Shown here piece by piece: positions 19,504 through 28,790 of a stretch of DNA of 56,254 nt (the first letter of the stretch is position 1; each line of letters opens with the position of its first letter). Made by a program: the position numbers and the translations under genes. The notes under the pieces were generated by a model that searched no databases, had not been told where the DNA came from, and saw only the letters and a program-made list of their open reading frames with translations. The stretch is from positions 1-56,254 of the forward strand of contig DASWGI010000112.1 in assembly GCA_036393835.1 (NCBI GenBank), written 5' to 3'. The stretch is from Myxococcales bacterium (GTDB lineage: Bacteria; Myxococcota; Myxococcia; Myxococcales; 40CM-4-68-19).

Positions 19504-20907
19504 TCAGAACGGGTGCGCGCCGTGCGCGCCCATGGAGATCTCCAGCTGCAGGAAGGCGGCGACCGCGTCGCCCGGCTGCACGGCAGCCAGCGACACGCCG
19601 GGGATCGACGGTCCGGACGCCGCGTGTTCCGCCTCGACGTACGCTCGCACGCGCGCGAACTCGCTCATCTGGAAAGTCACGCTGGCCGACCCGCGCAGGG
19701 TCTGGCCCAGCGAGCTGGAGGTGGGAATGCCGAGCACGTCCCCGCGCAGACCGAGGAACCAGCGCCGCGCGACTTGCAGCACCACCTGGCTGTAGAGCCC
19801 GCCGTCCCAGCCGCCCGGCACCCCCTCCGCGTCATCCAGGTGGCGCCAGATGGCCTCGGTCTGCCACGCCACCGAGTTGTATCCCGCGGCGACGTTGGGA
19901 GGCTTCCACTTTACGTAGAGGTCGGCTCCGACCAGGTAGCTGCGGCGGTTCGCGCCGAGCACGACGACGCCGGTGTCCGTCGGTTGGAAGAGGCCAGGCG
20001 AGACGCCCGTCGCTCCGTTCAGGCCCAGGTAGACCGACCAGGCGTCGCCGAAGGGGAAGAACGCCTTCGCCTCCGCCGTGTAGGTCAGGTCGTGCGGCTC
20101 GCCGCCGCCGAAGCTCGCCACCGGCGGCGCGAGCGTGGTCCCCGGCCCCGGCTCCTCGGGAGCGCCCAGCGAGAACGCCTCCGCGTAGAGGGTCAGGTAG
20201 AAGGGCAGCGGCGCGAGCCAGGACACCTGGGCCCCGGGCCCCCGAAGCCCGTCGGCGCCGAGGAAGGCGGCGTTGATGAGCGGCCGCCGCGTGAAGTCCT
20301 GCATGTGCAGGTGCTGCCCGTTCTGCCGGCCGAAGGCGCTGCGGAAGCTGCCGCCCTTGAGCTGCAGGTTCCAGGGCAGGCTGGTGCTGGTCGCGAACGC
20401 CTCCTCGACCTCCAGCCCCGTAAGGTTCGGGATGGTCAGGAACACGTCGCCGCGGAAGTACGGATCCACGATGGCGCTGAAGGCCAGCTCCACTTCTTGC
20501 ACCGCGAAGCCCAGCGCCTTCTTTCCCTCCTCGCCGCGCAAGACGGGGTCGTCGCCGTTGAGGAACTGGAGCGGTCGTCGCTGGTACCCGGCTTCGGCGT
20601 CGAGGATGACGCTGATGTCCGGGTTGAGCGACTGCGCCCCGCGGAATAGCGGCGCGGGGGGCGCGGCGCCGCTGGTCGCGCTCGCGGGCGCCTGCGTCGG
20701 CGGCGCTGACGACGTCTGCCCAGCGGCGGCCGCGGCGTCCCTGCCGAGCGCCTTCTCCAGCTCGCGCCGGAGCGCCTCGTCATCCTGTCCAGCGTCGGCC
20801 GAGCCGGCCGGCGCCGGAGGACCCGTATCCGCGCGGGTGCCTGGGCCGCCGGCCGGCTGGCCGGCCTGCGCAGGGGCGGCGATCAACGCGAGGAGCAACA
20901 TCAACAT
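19504..20907 (-). CDS. outer-membrane beta-barrel protein embedded in the metal-uptake operon
   Basis: 467 aa from ATG 20907 with GGGAGGGG RBS. Signal peptide MLMLLLALIAAPAQA, then an Ala/Pro-rich linker and alternating beta-strand pattern. C-terminal ...MGAHGAHPF ends in Phe. Confidence 0.6.
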   Translation of the reverse strand: MLMLLLALIAAPAQAGQPAGGPGTRADTGPPAPAGSADAGQDDEALRRELEKALGRDAAAAAGQTSSAPPTQAPASATSGAAPPAPLFRGAQSLNPDISVILDAEAGYQRRPLQFLNGDDPVLRGEEGKKALGFAVQEVELAFSAIVDPYFRGDVFLTIPNLTGLEVEEAFATSTSLPWNLQLKGGSFRSAFGRQNGQHLHMQDFTRRPLINAAFLGADGLRGPGAQVSWLAPLPFYLTLYAEAFSLGAPEEPGPGTTLAPPVASFGGGEPHDLTYTAEAKAFFPFGDAWSVYLGLNGATGVSPGLFQPTDTGVVVLGANRRSYLVGADLYVKWKPPNVAAGYNSVAWQTEAIWRHLDDAEGVPGGWDGGLYSQVVLQVARRWFLGLRGDVLGIPTSSSLGQTLRGSASVTFQMSEFARVRAYVEAEHAASGPSIPGVSLAAVQPGDAVAAFLQLEISMGAHGAHPF

Positions 20908-20960
20908 CGGGTCCCCTCCCGGCCTGTTGGAGCGCTCGGACGGCCGGCTGCCTGCTTTAT

Positions 20961-21836
20961 TCAGACCGTGCTGCGCTTCGCCAGGCGCGCGAGCCCGGGG
21001 AGCAGGAAAACGGACGCCACGACGACCATCGTCGCACCGGTGGGGAGCTGCTCGATCCAGCTGGCGTAGTAGCCGACCGCCGCGGAGACGACGCCGAAGA
21101 CGATGGAGAGCGGGATGGTGGCGCGGATGTTCTCCGTCAGCATCAGCGCGGCCGCCGCCGGGACCACCGTGAAGGCGAACACGGGCAGGGCGCCGACCGC
21201 GCGGGTCGCGACCGAGATGACGACGGCGACGATCACGTTGAGCAGCATCTCGTAGCGGAAGACGCCCACACCTTGCACCACGGCGGTCTCGGGGTCGTAG
21301 CTGACGAAGAGCAGCTCCTTGAAGAAGAGGACGTGCGCCAGCACCGCCACGGAGCCCGCGCCGGCCAGAGCGTAGATCTGCGCGCGAGGCACGGTCACCG
21401 CGTTGCCGAAGAGGATGTCGCCCACCGCGTGCGCTTCCTGCGCGATGCGCGGGCTGTTCAGGATGGCGAGGACGAGCGCGCTGGCGACGATGTACCCCAG
21501 GCCCACGATGGTCTCGGGCGCGAGCTTGCGGTGGCCGGGGCGCAGCGAGAACAGCGCCGCGGCGGCGCAGGCGAACACCAGCGAGAACCAGACCGGCTCG
21601 AGCAGGAGCGGGATGGCCCGGTGGGTGTGCGGATCGATTCCGGCGACCGCGCCCACGTAGAAGGCAGTCGCGACGCCCACGCCGCTGATCTCCGACAGCG
21701 CGGCGGAGACGAACACCATCCGCCGCAGCACGACGAAGACGCCCAGGTACGAGAGCAACCCGCCGGCGAGCACGCCGGCCAGCAGGGGCTCGCGCCACAG
21801 CTCGCGGCCCGCCCAGAATTCCGCGAAGCCGGTCAC
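20961..21836 (-). CDS. metal ABC transporter permease (ZnuB/TroC family)
   Basis: 291 aa from GTG 21836 (GTGA overlap with the ATPase stop). 8-9 TM segments. ABC-3 family pattern. Confidence 0.85.
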   Translation of the reverse strand: MTGFAEFWAGRELWREPLLAGVLAGGLLSYLGVFVVLRRMVFVSAALSEISGVGVATAFYVGAVAGIDPHTHRAIPLLLEPVWFSLVFACAAAALFSLRPGHRKLAPETIVGLGYIVASALVLAILNSPRIAQEAHAVGDILFGNAVTVPRAQIYALAGAGSVAVLAHVLFFKELLFVSYDPETAVVQGVGVFRYEMLLNVIVAVVISVATRAVGALPVFAFTVVPAAAALMLTENIRATIPLSIVFGVVSAAVGYYASWIEQLPTGATMVVVASVFLLPGLARLAKRSTV

Positions 21837-22630
21837 CCGGCGTCCTCGCGTGACCGGCCGTCGCCGGCGTCGTGCTCGACTGCGCGCGCGATCACGATTG
21901 CGATCTGGCCGTCCAGCTCGGCGACGCGCACCTCCCGGCCGTAGAGGCGGCCTAGCCGCTCGGGCGTCATCATCTCGCGCGCGGGGCCGATCTCGAAGAG
22001 CCCGCGCGCGCGGTCGACCAGGGCGACCTCGGTCGCGAACCCGGCCACCGCGGTCAGCTGGTGCGTCACCAGCACCACCGACAGGTTGTGCGCGCGCTTG
22101 AGCCGCTCGACCAGCTCGAGAAGGACGCGCTCGGCGGCCGGATCCATCGCGCTGGTCGGCTCGTCGAGCACCAGGAGCTCCGGCTCGGCGGCGATGGCCC
22201 GGGCGATGAGCACGCGCTGGTGCTGGCCGCCCGAGAGCGCGTAGAGGGGCCGTTCGGCGAGCTCGCCGACCCCGATCTCCTCCAGCGCCTCGCGCGCCTG
22301 CTTCCGGTCCTCGGGACCGAATCGCCGCAGCGGTCCGAGGAGGCTGGTGCGGCCCATCAGGACGACGTCCAGGACCGAGAGCGGCCAGCTCTGGTCTAGC
22401 CGGTCGCGTTGCGGAACGTAACCGACGCGCGGCGGCCGGCCCGTGGGGAAGACGAGCCGGCCGCCGAGGAGCGGCAAGAGGCCGAGCATCGACTTGAGCA
22501 GCGCGGTCTTTCCGGCCCCGTTGGGGCCCAGGACGCCCAGGGTGCTGCCGGAGCGGACGGAGAGGTCGAGCGGCGGGAGGAGCGGAGTGCGATAGCCGAT
22601 GACCGCGCGTTCCAGGCGAACGAGGTCCAA
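21833..22630 (-). CDS. metal ABC transporter ATP-binding protein (ZnuC family)
   Basis: 265 aa. Walker A GPNGAGKT, signature LSGGQHQR, Walker B LLVLDEP. Confidence 0.88.
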   Translation of the reverse strand: MDLVRLERAVIGYRTPLLPPLDLSVRSGSTLGVLGPNGAGKTALLKSMLGLLPLLGGRLVFPTGRPPRVGYVPQRDRLDQSWPLSVLDVVLMGRTSLLGPLRRFGPEDRKQAREALEEIGVGELAERPLYALSGGQHQRVLIARAIAAEPELLVLDEPTSAMDPAAERVLLELVERLKRAHNLSVVLVTHQLTAVAGFATEVALVDRARGLFEIGPAREMMTPERLGRLYGREVRVAELDGQIAIVIARAVEHDAGDGRSREDAG

Positions 22631-22660
22631 GGGGGGAGGGAATTACCAGAGGCAGGGAGG

Positions 22661-22740
22661 GGATGTCGAGGTTCGACTGCGAGGTTCGAGGTTCGACTGC
22701 CAGGTTCGAGGTTCGACTCCGACTTCGACGGCGTGGTTCG
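22661..22740. repeat. 3.5 tandem copies of a 20-bp unit (GAGGTTCGAGGTTCGACTGC) in the znuC / sfsA divergent intergenic region
   Basis: Units at 22661-80, 22681-700 and 22701-20 (U2 vs U3 18/20; U1 vs U2 16/20), plus a degenerate fourth. Each unit holds TCGA-GGT-TCGA. Confidence 0.85.
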
Positions 22741-22756
22741 GTGTACGTTCTGAACG

Positions 22757-23515
22757 ATGCGCGTTGTGGAGCCAGGGCTGATCCCGCACCGGTGGCCTGG
22801 GCCGCCCATCTTCGCGACGCTGATCGAACGGCCGAACAAGTTCCTGGCGATTTGCCGGATCGGGCGACGGGCGGTGGAGGCGCATGTGCCCGACCGGGGG
22901 AGATGTCTGGACTTGTTGGTGCCCGGGCAGCCGCTGGTGCTGGTCGAGCCCGAGCGAGAGGCGGGGATGCTGGCGCGGAGGACGCGGTACACGGTGCTGC
23001 TCGCGAGGGCGCGCACGCCGCCGTCGCCGTGGGTCAGCCTGGACCCGGCAGGAGCGCCGCGGCTGGTGGCGGCGGCGTTGGAGCGCGGCCTGTTGCCCGA
23101 GCTGGCGGGGTGCTCGGTCGTCCGGAGGGAGCTGACGCTTCCGCGCCTCCGCGCGCGGCCGCGGCCGCGCATCGACCTGCTCCTGCGCGCCCCGTCCGGC
23201 GACGACGTCGCGTGCGAGGTGAAGAGCGTGGGAGCGGCGCGCGGAGGCGTGGCGCTGTTCCCCGACGCGCCCACGCTGCGCGGTCTGCGGCACCTCGCCT
23301 TGCTCGCGCGCCTCGCCCGGCGCGGGCTGCCGGCCGCGCTCGTCCTCTGCGCGCAGCGCGGCGACGTCCGCGCGATCGCGGCGGACGAGTCGATCGATCC
23401 GGCGTTCGCGCGAGCGCTCCGGGCGGCGCGCCGCGCGGGCGTGGCCGTCGCCGGCCTTTCCTGCGCGGCCCACCCCGGCGGGATGGAGCTGCTCGGCCCG
23501 GTGCCGGTGCTGTAG
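22757..23515 (+). CDS. sfsA: SfsA-family nuclease / sugar fermentation stimulation protein
   Basis: 252 aa. RPNKFLAICRIGRR..EAHVPDRGRCLDLLVPG...IDLLL...CEVKSV. Confidence 0.85.
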   Translation: MRVVEPGLIPHRWPGPPIFATLIERPNKFLAICRIGRRAVEAHVPDRGRCLDLLVPGQPLVLVEPEREAGMLARRTRYTVLLARARTPPSPWVSLDPAGAPRLVAAALERGLLPELAGCSVVRRELTLPRLRARPRPRIDLLLRAPSGDDVACEVKSVGAARGGVALFPDAPTLRGLRHLALLARLARRGLPAALVLCAQRGDVRAIAADESIDPAFARALRAARRAGVAVAGLSCAAHPGGMELLGPVPVL

Positions 23516-23518
23516 GCG

Positions 23519-24427
23519 CTACTTCGCCAGCGCGGCCGAGTTCACCGGCGGCTTGGCCGCCGCGTTCGGCGATTCGGGCTCGCGCACCAGCGGGCACGGC
23601 CCCTTTTCCTTCGGGTAGCGCAGGCGGAGGTTCTGATCGCGGCAGACGTAGCGGCAGGTGCCGTCCTCGGCCCGCCCTTCGTCCTCGACCACGCACTTGC
23701 CCGGGTTCTCCAGCTCGAGCAGCGCCGCCTTGATGCGCCCCTTGGTGCTCTGGTCGTCTTCCTTGGCGTACGCCGTCTCCAGCGAAGCGCGGGTGGACGC
23801 GTCGCGGCGCTCGCGCACCTTCTCGAGGATCAGCTCGCGCGCCTCCCACTCCGGTTCCGAGGCGAGCTGGGCGGCGAGCTGCGCCGGAGTGCGCCACGCG
23901 GGCATCGACATCAGCCGGTACAGGGCGCCTTCCCAGACTTCCTTGGCGCCCTTCCGCTCGCTGGCGACCTTCTCCAGCGTCGCCACGGCCGCCGGAGACT
24001 GATCGGCGCGCCGGCCGAGCACGTCCAGCGCCACGCATTGCGGGACCGGATACTCGTTCTTGGGGAGCTGGCACGAGTCGACCACCTTGGCCGCATAGGC
24101 GACGACGTCCTCGCCGGTGGCGTCGAGCAACCGGTCCACGGTCGAGTGCTGTGCGGCGCCGCGGATGCAGTCGTGCTTGATCATGCCGCGCTTGCGCGCG
24201 TCGCTGTCGAAGGTGGTCGGGGGGACCGCGTCCAGCGCCACCGCCGCCGCGAACGCCTTGGTCAGCGGCCCTTGAGGAAGGCACGCGTGTGGCTTCACGT
24301 CGGGCTTGAGCGTTTCCACCTCGTGGAGCGCGCGGGCGCGGCGCGAGTCAGGGCTGTAGTAGTCGTAGAGGGCGAAGCCGCCGAGGGCAGCGACGCCGAC
24401 ACCGATGAGGATCGCGCGGACGTTCAT
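23519..24427 (-). CDS. membrane-anchored Cys-rich hypothetical protein
   Basis: 302 aa from ATG 24427. N-terminal TM AILIGVGVAALGGFALY, then a helical, Cys-containing periplasmic region. Convergent with sfsA (3-bp gap). Confidence 0.55.
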   Translation of the reverse strand: MNVRAILIGVGVAALGGFALYDYYSPDSRRARALHEVETLKPDVKPHACLPQGPLTKAFAAAVALDAVPPTTFDSDARKRGMIKHDCIRGAAQHSTVDRLLDATGEDVVAYAAKVVDSCQLPKNEYPVPQCVALDVLGRRADQSPAAVATLEKVASERKGAKEVWEGALYRLMSMPAWRTPAQLAAQLASEPEWEARELILEKVRERRDASTRASLETAYAKEDDQSTKGRIKAALLELENPGKCVVEDEGRAEDGTCRYVCRDQNLRLRYPKEKGPCPLVREPESPNAAAKPPVNSAALAK

Positions 24428-24518
24428 GTAAGCGAGCCTACGCCCGTGTGGCAGGCTGGCGTCAAGACGCATATCGCCAACCCGCGGCGCGGGGGCCATC
24501 GGGACCTGCGGGCCGGGA

Positions 24519-25238
24519 TCAGCTCCGGCGGGCTTCGTCGGCGAACGCGCGCAGGAGTCGCGCGGAGGCCGTCTCGCGCACGTCCGCGCGCAAGGAGTCG
24601 GGGTCGAGCCCCTCGGCGCGCAGCGCGCCGGCGCGGGAATCGATCAGGTCGCGGAGGGTCTCCGGCCGCAGCTCGGGGTGGAACTGGACCGACGCCACCG
24701 CGTCGGACAGCCGCAGCGCCTGCGTGGCGCACCGTTCGTTCGAGGCGAGCAGGGTGGCGCCGGGGGGAACCGGGTCGACGGAGTCGACGTGGGTCGCCTG
24801 GACGTCGGCGAGCCCCTCCTCCGGGACCCAGCCGCGGAACAGCGGATCCGTCCGGCCCGCGGCGGTCAGCTGCACGCGCACGGTGCCCATCTCCCGTCCT
24901 TTGGGATTGCGGACCACCTGCGAGCCCGCCGCGCGGCCGAGCAACTGATGACCGAAGCAGACGCCCAGGACCGGCGTGCCCCGCTCGCCGATGCGGAGCA
25001 GCTCCTCGGCGACCTCGTCCATCCACGGCTCGGGAAGCGTCAGGGACAGAGGCGATCCCGAGACGAGCACTCCCTGCGTCCCGGCCGGCAGCTCGAGCCT
25101 CTCGCCCAGGTGCGCGCGCAGCACCGGCAGCTCGGCTCCGAGGGCCTGGTTGAACCAGTCGGGGTAGTCCCCGTGCTGGCGCACGATCTCCGGCGCCGCC
25201 GTGCCGGTCTGGACGATGACCAGTCGAGGAATGGACAT
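24519..25238 (-). CDS. class I glutamine amidotransferase-like protein
   Basis: 239 aa from ATG 25238 with GGAGGG RBS. Nucleophile elbow GVCFGHQLL, and FHPE near the C-terminus. Confidence 0.8.
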   Translation of the reverse strand: MSIPRLVIVQTGTAAPEIVRQHGDYPDWFNQALGAELPVLRAHLGERLELPAGTQGVLVSGSPLSLTLPEPWMDEVAEELLRIGERGTPVLGVCFGHQLLGRAAGSQVVRNPKGREMGTVRVQLTAAGRTDPLFRGWVPEEGLADVQATHVDSVDPVPPGATLLASNERCATQALRLSDAVASVQFHPELRPETLRDLIDSRAGALRAEGLDPDSLRADVRETASARLLRAFADEARRS

Positions 25239-25379
25239 GGAAGCCCTCCGCTGAGGAAACATAACGGTTCCGGGCCGCCTGCGCGAGTCCTCGTCCCGCG
25301 GCCGGTTCGCCGAGCGCTTGACGGCCGTTCCCCCCGGCTCCACCGTGGTGTGGCGGCTCCCCGAGCAAAGGCGGCCCCC

Positions 25380-26747
25380 ATGGAGAAGACGCGAGCCACC
25401 CAGATCGAAGCCCTGCGCGAGGAGTTCCAGAAGCACGGCGTGCGCAAGGTAAAGCTGGGCGGCTTCGACGTCGACGGCGTCCTGCGCGGCAAGTACCTGT
25501 CACTGGACAAGTTCTGGGGCGCGGCCGACGGCGGGCTGGGCTTCTGCGACGTGATCTTCGGCTGGGACCTCATGGACCAGCTCTACGACAACGCGACCGT
25601 GACGGGATGGCACACCGGCTACCCGGACGTGCGCGCCACCGTCGACCTCTCCACCTTTCGCATGATCCCGTGGGAACCGGGGACGGCCGCCTTCCTGCTC
25701 GACTTCGAAGCCGAGCCCGGGAAGCCGCTCGCGGTCTCTCCGCGCCAGCTCCTCAAGCGGATCGAGGAGAAGGCGCGCTCGATGGGGTTCGCGGTGAAGG
25801 TGGCCTCCGAATACGAATTCTTCCTCTTCCGCGAGACGCCGGAATCGGTGCGGGCCAAGGGGTACGCGAACCTGACGCCGCTCTCTCCCGGGATGTTCGG
25901 ATACTCGTGGCTGCGGGCCAGCGAGAACGCCGGGCTGGTGCACGACCTCCAGGACCAGCTCGCCGCCTTCGACCTCGAGTTGGAAGCTTTCCACACCGAG
26001 ACCGGGCCCGGCGTCTACGAGGCCGCCATCCGCTACGACCAGATGCTCCGCGGAGCGGACAAGGCGGCACTCTTCAAGACCGCGGTGAAGGAGATCTGCG
26101 CGCGTCACGCGGTCATGCCGACCTTCATGGCGAAGTGGAACAAGGAGCTGCCCGGCTGCAGCGGGCACCTGCACCAGTCGCTCTGGACGCTAGACGGGCA
26201 TCCGCTGTTCCTCGATCCGCGCGCGCACAAGGGGATGGGGAAGCTGCTGCAGCACTACGTGGCCGGGCAGGTGGCGCTGCTGCCGGCGATGACCGCGCTC
26301 ATCGCGCCGACCGTGAACTCGTACAAGCGGATGGTGCGCGGCGCCTGGTCGCCGACGATGGCGACCTGGGGGGTGGAGAACCGCACCACCGCCTTGCGCG
26401 TCATCCCGGGGTCGCCCGCCTCGACGCGCGTCGAGTACCGATTCGCCGCCGCCGACATGAATCCCTACGTGGCCATCGCCGCCTCGGTCGCCGCCGGCCT
26501 GCACGGCGTGCAGCACGAGATGCCGCTTCCACCCGAGACGGTGGGGAACGGCTACGACGCGAAGGCGGAGCCGCTCCCGCCGACGCTGCGCGCCGCCACC
26601 GAGGCGCTCTCGCGCAGCAAGGAGGTCCGCGAGCTCCTGGGCGAGGCCTTCGTCGACCACTACGTGCGCACCCGCGACTGGGAATGCCGCCAGTTCGAGG
26701 CCGCGGTGACGAAGTGGGAGCTGGAGCGGTACTTCGAGATCATCTGA
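25380..26747 (+). CDS. glutamine-synthetase-family ligase (gamma-glutamyl-amine synthetase, PuuA/GlnA3-like)
   Basis: 455 aa from ATG 25380. GS catalytic motifs (EYEFFLF, FHTETGPGVYE, GCSGHLHQSLW, NSYKRMV, RVEYR). Confidence 0.88.
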   Translation: MEKTRATQIEALREEFQKHGVRKVKLGGFDVDGVLRGKYLSLDKFWGAADGGLGFCDVIFGWDLMDQLYDNATVTGWHTGYPDVRATVDLSTFRMIPWEPGTAAFLLDFEAEPGKPLAVSPRQLLKRIEEKARSMGFAVKVASEYEFFLFRETPESVRAKGYANLTPLSPGMFGYSWLRASENAGLVHDLQDQLAAFDLELEAFHTETGPGVYEAAIRYDQMLRGADKAALFKTAVKEICARHAVMPTFMAKWNKELPGCSGHLHQSLWTLDGHPLFLDPRAHKGMGKLLQHYVAGQVALLPAMTALIAPTVNSYKRMVRGAWSPTMATWGVENRTTALRVIPGSPASTRVEYRFAAADMNPYVAIAASVAAGLHGVQHEMPLPPETVGNGYDAKAEPLPPTLRAATEALSRSKEVRELLGEAFVDHYVRTRDWECRQFEAAVTKWELERYFEII

Positions 26748-26757
26748 GGAGAGTCCG

Positions 26758-27906
26758 ATGCCTTCGGTCATGTCCTTTCCCACGCGGATCGTCCACGGGC
26801 GCGGCGCCATTCGCGAGCTGCCCGCCGAGCTGAAGCGGGCGGGTGCGGGCAAGCTGCTGCTCGTCACCGACAAGGGGATCCTGCAGGCCGGGCTCCTGCG
26901 GTTCGTGACGCCGCTGCTCGAGCAGGCCGGAGTGCCGTTCGGGGTCTTCAGCGAGTTCGATCCCAACCCCACCGACAAGGACGCGCTGAAGGGCATCGAG
27001 GCGTACCGCGCCTCGGGCGCGGACGCGATCGTGTCGGTGGGCGGCGGCGCCTCGCTCGACATGGGCAAGGCGATCCGCCTGCTCGTGCACCACGACCCGC
27101 CGCTGGACCGCTACGACGACGCGCAGGGCGGCGACCGGTACATCACCGGGAGGCAGCCCCCGTTCCTCGCGGTGCCCACCACCGCGGGCACCGGCAGCGA
27201 GGTGGGGCGCTCCACCGTGCTGGTGATCGACGGGACCAAGGTGGTGATCTTCAGCCCGCACTTGCTCGCGAACGCCGCCATCCTCGACCCCGAGCTGACG
27301 GTGGGCCTGCCGCCGTTCATCACCGCCGCGACGGGCATGGACGCGCTCACCCACAACCTGGAGGCATACGTGGCGAAGGGCGATCACCCGCTCGCCGACG
27401 CCATCGCGCTCGACGGGTTGCGCCGCATCGCGCAGCACCTCGGGCGCGCGGTGAAGAACGGCAAGGACGTCGAGGCGCGCGAGCAGATGCTGCTCGGCAG
27501 CGCGATGGGGGCCATCGCCTTCCAGAAGGGCCTGGGCGCCTGCCACTCGGTCGCGCACGCGCTCACGCCGGTCGCGGGCACCCATCACGGGTTGGCGAAC
27601 TCGCTCATGCTCCCGACCGTGATCCAGTTCAACCGCTCCGCGGCCGAGGAGCGGCTGGCGACCGCGGCCGTCGCCCTGGGCGCCGATCCGCGGATGAGCG
27701 TGCAGGAACGCGCGCACGCCTGCGCGCAGCTGGTCGACGATCTGCGCGGGGCGTGCGGGCTTCCGCGCAAGCTGTCGCAGGCGGGCGTGAAGCGCGAGAT
27801 GATCCCGCGGCTGGTCGAGAAGGCCTTCGCGGACGCCTGCCACCAGTCGAATCCCCGACCCTGCACCCAGGTCGACTTCGAGCGCCTCATCCAGGAGGCG
27901 TTCTAG
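26758..27906 (+). CDS. iron-containing (group III) alcohol dehydrogenase
   Basis: 382 aa with GAGGAG RBS. GGGASLDMGKA, PTTAGTGSEV, DALTHNLEAY, HSVAHAL. Confidence 0.88.
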   Translation: MPSVMSFPTRIVHGRGAIRELPAELKRAGAGKLLLVTDKGILQAGLLRFVTPLLEQAGVPFGVFSEFDPNPTDKDALKGIEAYRASGADAIVSVGGGASLDMGKAIRLLVHHDPPLDRYDDAQGGDRYITGRQPPFLAVPTTAGTGSEVGRSTVLVIDGTKVVIFSPHLLANAAILDPELTVGLPPFITAATGMDALTHNLEAYVAKGDHPLADAIALDGLRRIAQHLGRAVKNGKDVEAREQMLLGSAMGAIAFQKGLGACHSVAHALTPVAGTHHGLANSLMLPTVIQFNRSAAEERLATAAVALGADPRMSVQERAHACAQLVDDLRGACGLPRKLSQAGVKREMIPRLVEKAFADACHQSNPRPCTQVDFERLIQEAF

Positions 27907-27956
27907 CGTGGGAGGCTGTCCCACCTCGCCGCACACGATCAGGATAGAATGGGCTG

Positions 27957-28790
27957 GTGGACCCTTCCGCTGCGTCGCGCCGCGAGTTGGAGCAGCTCGC
28001 CAGACGGGAGCCGATCGATCTGGCTCGCGCGGCGCTGGCCATCGCCCGCGAGGAATACCCCCAGCTCGACGAGGCGCAGTACCTGCGGGCGCTGGACGAG
28101 TTCGCTCTTCAGGTCATGCGCGGCCTCCCGGCCGGCGCACTCCCGGAGCGCCGGGTGGGCCGGCTCAACGCGGTGCTCTTCCACGAGCTCGGCTTCGCCG
28201 GCAACCAGGCCGACTACTACGACCCGCGCAACAGCTTCTTCAACGAGGTGATCGAGCGGCGCACCGGGATCCCCATCACGCTCTCGCTCGTGTACATGGA
28301 AGTGGGACGGCGCTGCGGCTTGCGGGTGGACGGCGTCTCCTTCCCGGGCCACTTCCTCTGCAAGGTGACGCTCGACGACGGCGAGCTGATCGTCGACGCG
28401 TTCAACCGCGGCCAGCTGCTGGGGCTCGCGGAGCTCAAGCGCCGCCTCGCGTCCGCCGCCGGCGACGCCGCGCGCTTCGACACGCGCCTCCTGCGCGCGG
28501 CGCGGCCCAAGGAGATGCTGGCGCGCGTGCTGCAGAACCTGCGCTCCATCTACCTCGAGCGCGGCGACCTGCCCCGTGCGCTGTCCGCCGTCGACCGCCA
28601 GCTCCTGCTGCAGCCCGACGACGTGCGCGTGCTGCGCGACCGCGCGCGGCTGTGCGAGCAGCTGGGCGGCCCCGAAGCCGCCGCCGCCGATCTGGAGAGG
28701 GTGCTGCGCCTCGAACCGGCCGCGTCCGACGCAGCGGCGCTCCGCGCCCGGGTCGACCGTCTGCGCGGCGGCGGCAAGCTGATGAACTAG
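27957..28790 (+). CDS. SirB1/UPF0162-type transglutaminase-like + TPR protein
   Basis: 277 aa from GTG 27957. RRTGIPITLSLVYMEVGRRCGLRVDGVSFPGHFLCKV, plus a C-terminal TPR. Confidence 0.75.
   Translation: MDPSAASRRELEQLARREPIDLARAALAIAREEYPQLDEAQYLRALDEFALQVMRGLPAGALPERRVGRLNAVLFHELGFAGNQADYYDPRNSFFNEVIERRTGIPITLSLVYMEVGRRCGLRVDGVSFPGHFLCKVTLDDGELIVDAFNRGQLLGLAELKRRLASAAGDAARFDTRLLRAARPKEMLARVLQNLRSIYLERGDLPRALSAVDRQLLLQPDDVRVLRDRARLCEQLGGPEAAAADLERVLRLEPAASDAAALRARVDRLRGGGKLMN

Noticed and set aside
22661-22740. GGTTCGACTCC strings resembling a tRNA T-arm (GGTTCGAnTCC), raising the possibility of a tRNA gene or a tRNA-derived att site.
   Set aside because: No complementary T-stem, acceptor stem or anticodon arm can be drawn. 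No integrase or other island features are nearby. It is treated as a tandem repeat / operator array.
24678-25379. 234-codon upstream extension of the GS-like ORF.
   Set aside because: It is antisense to the GATase-like gene and low-complexity. Real GS-like sequence begins at MEKTRATQIEALREEF (ATG 25380).
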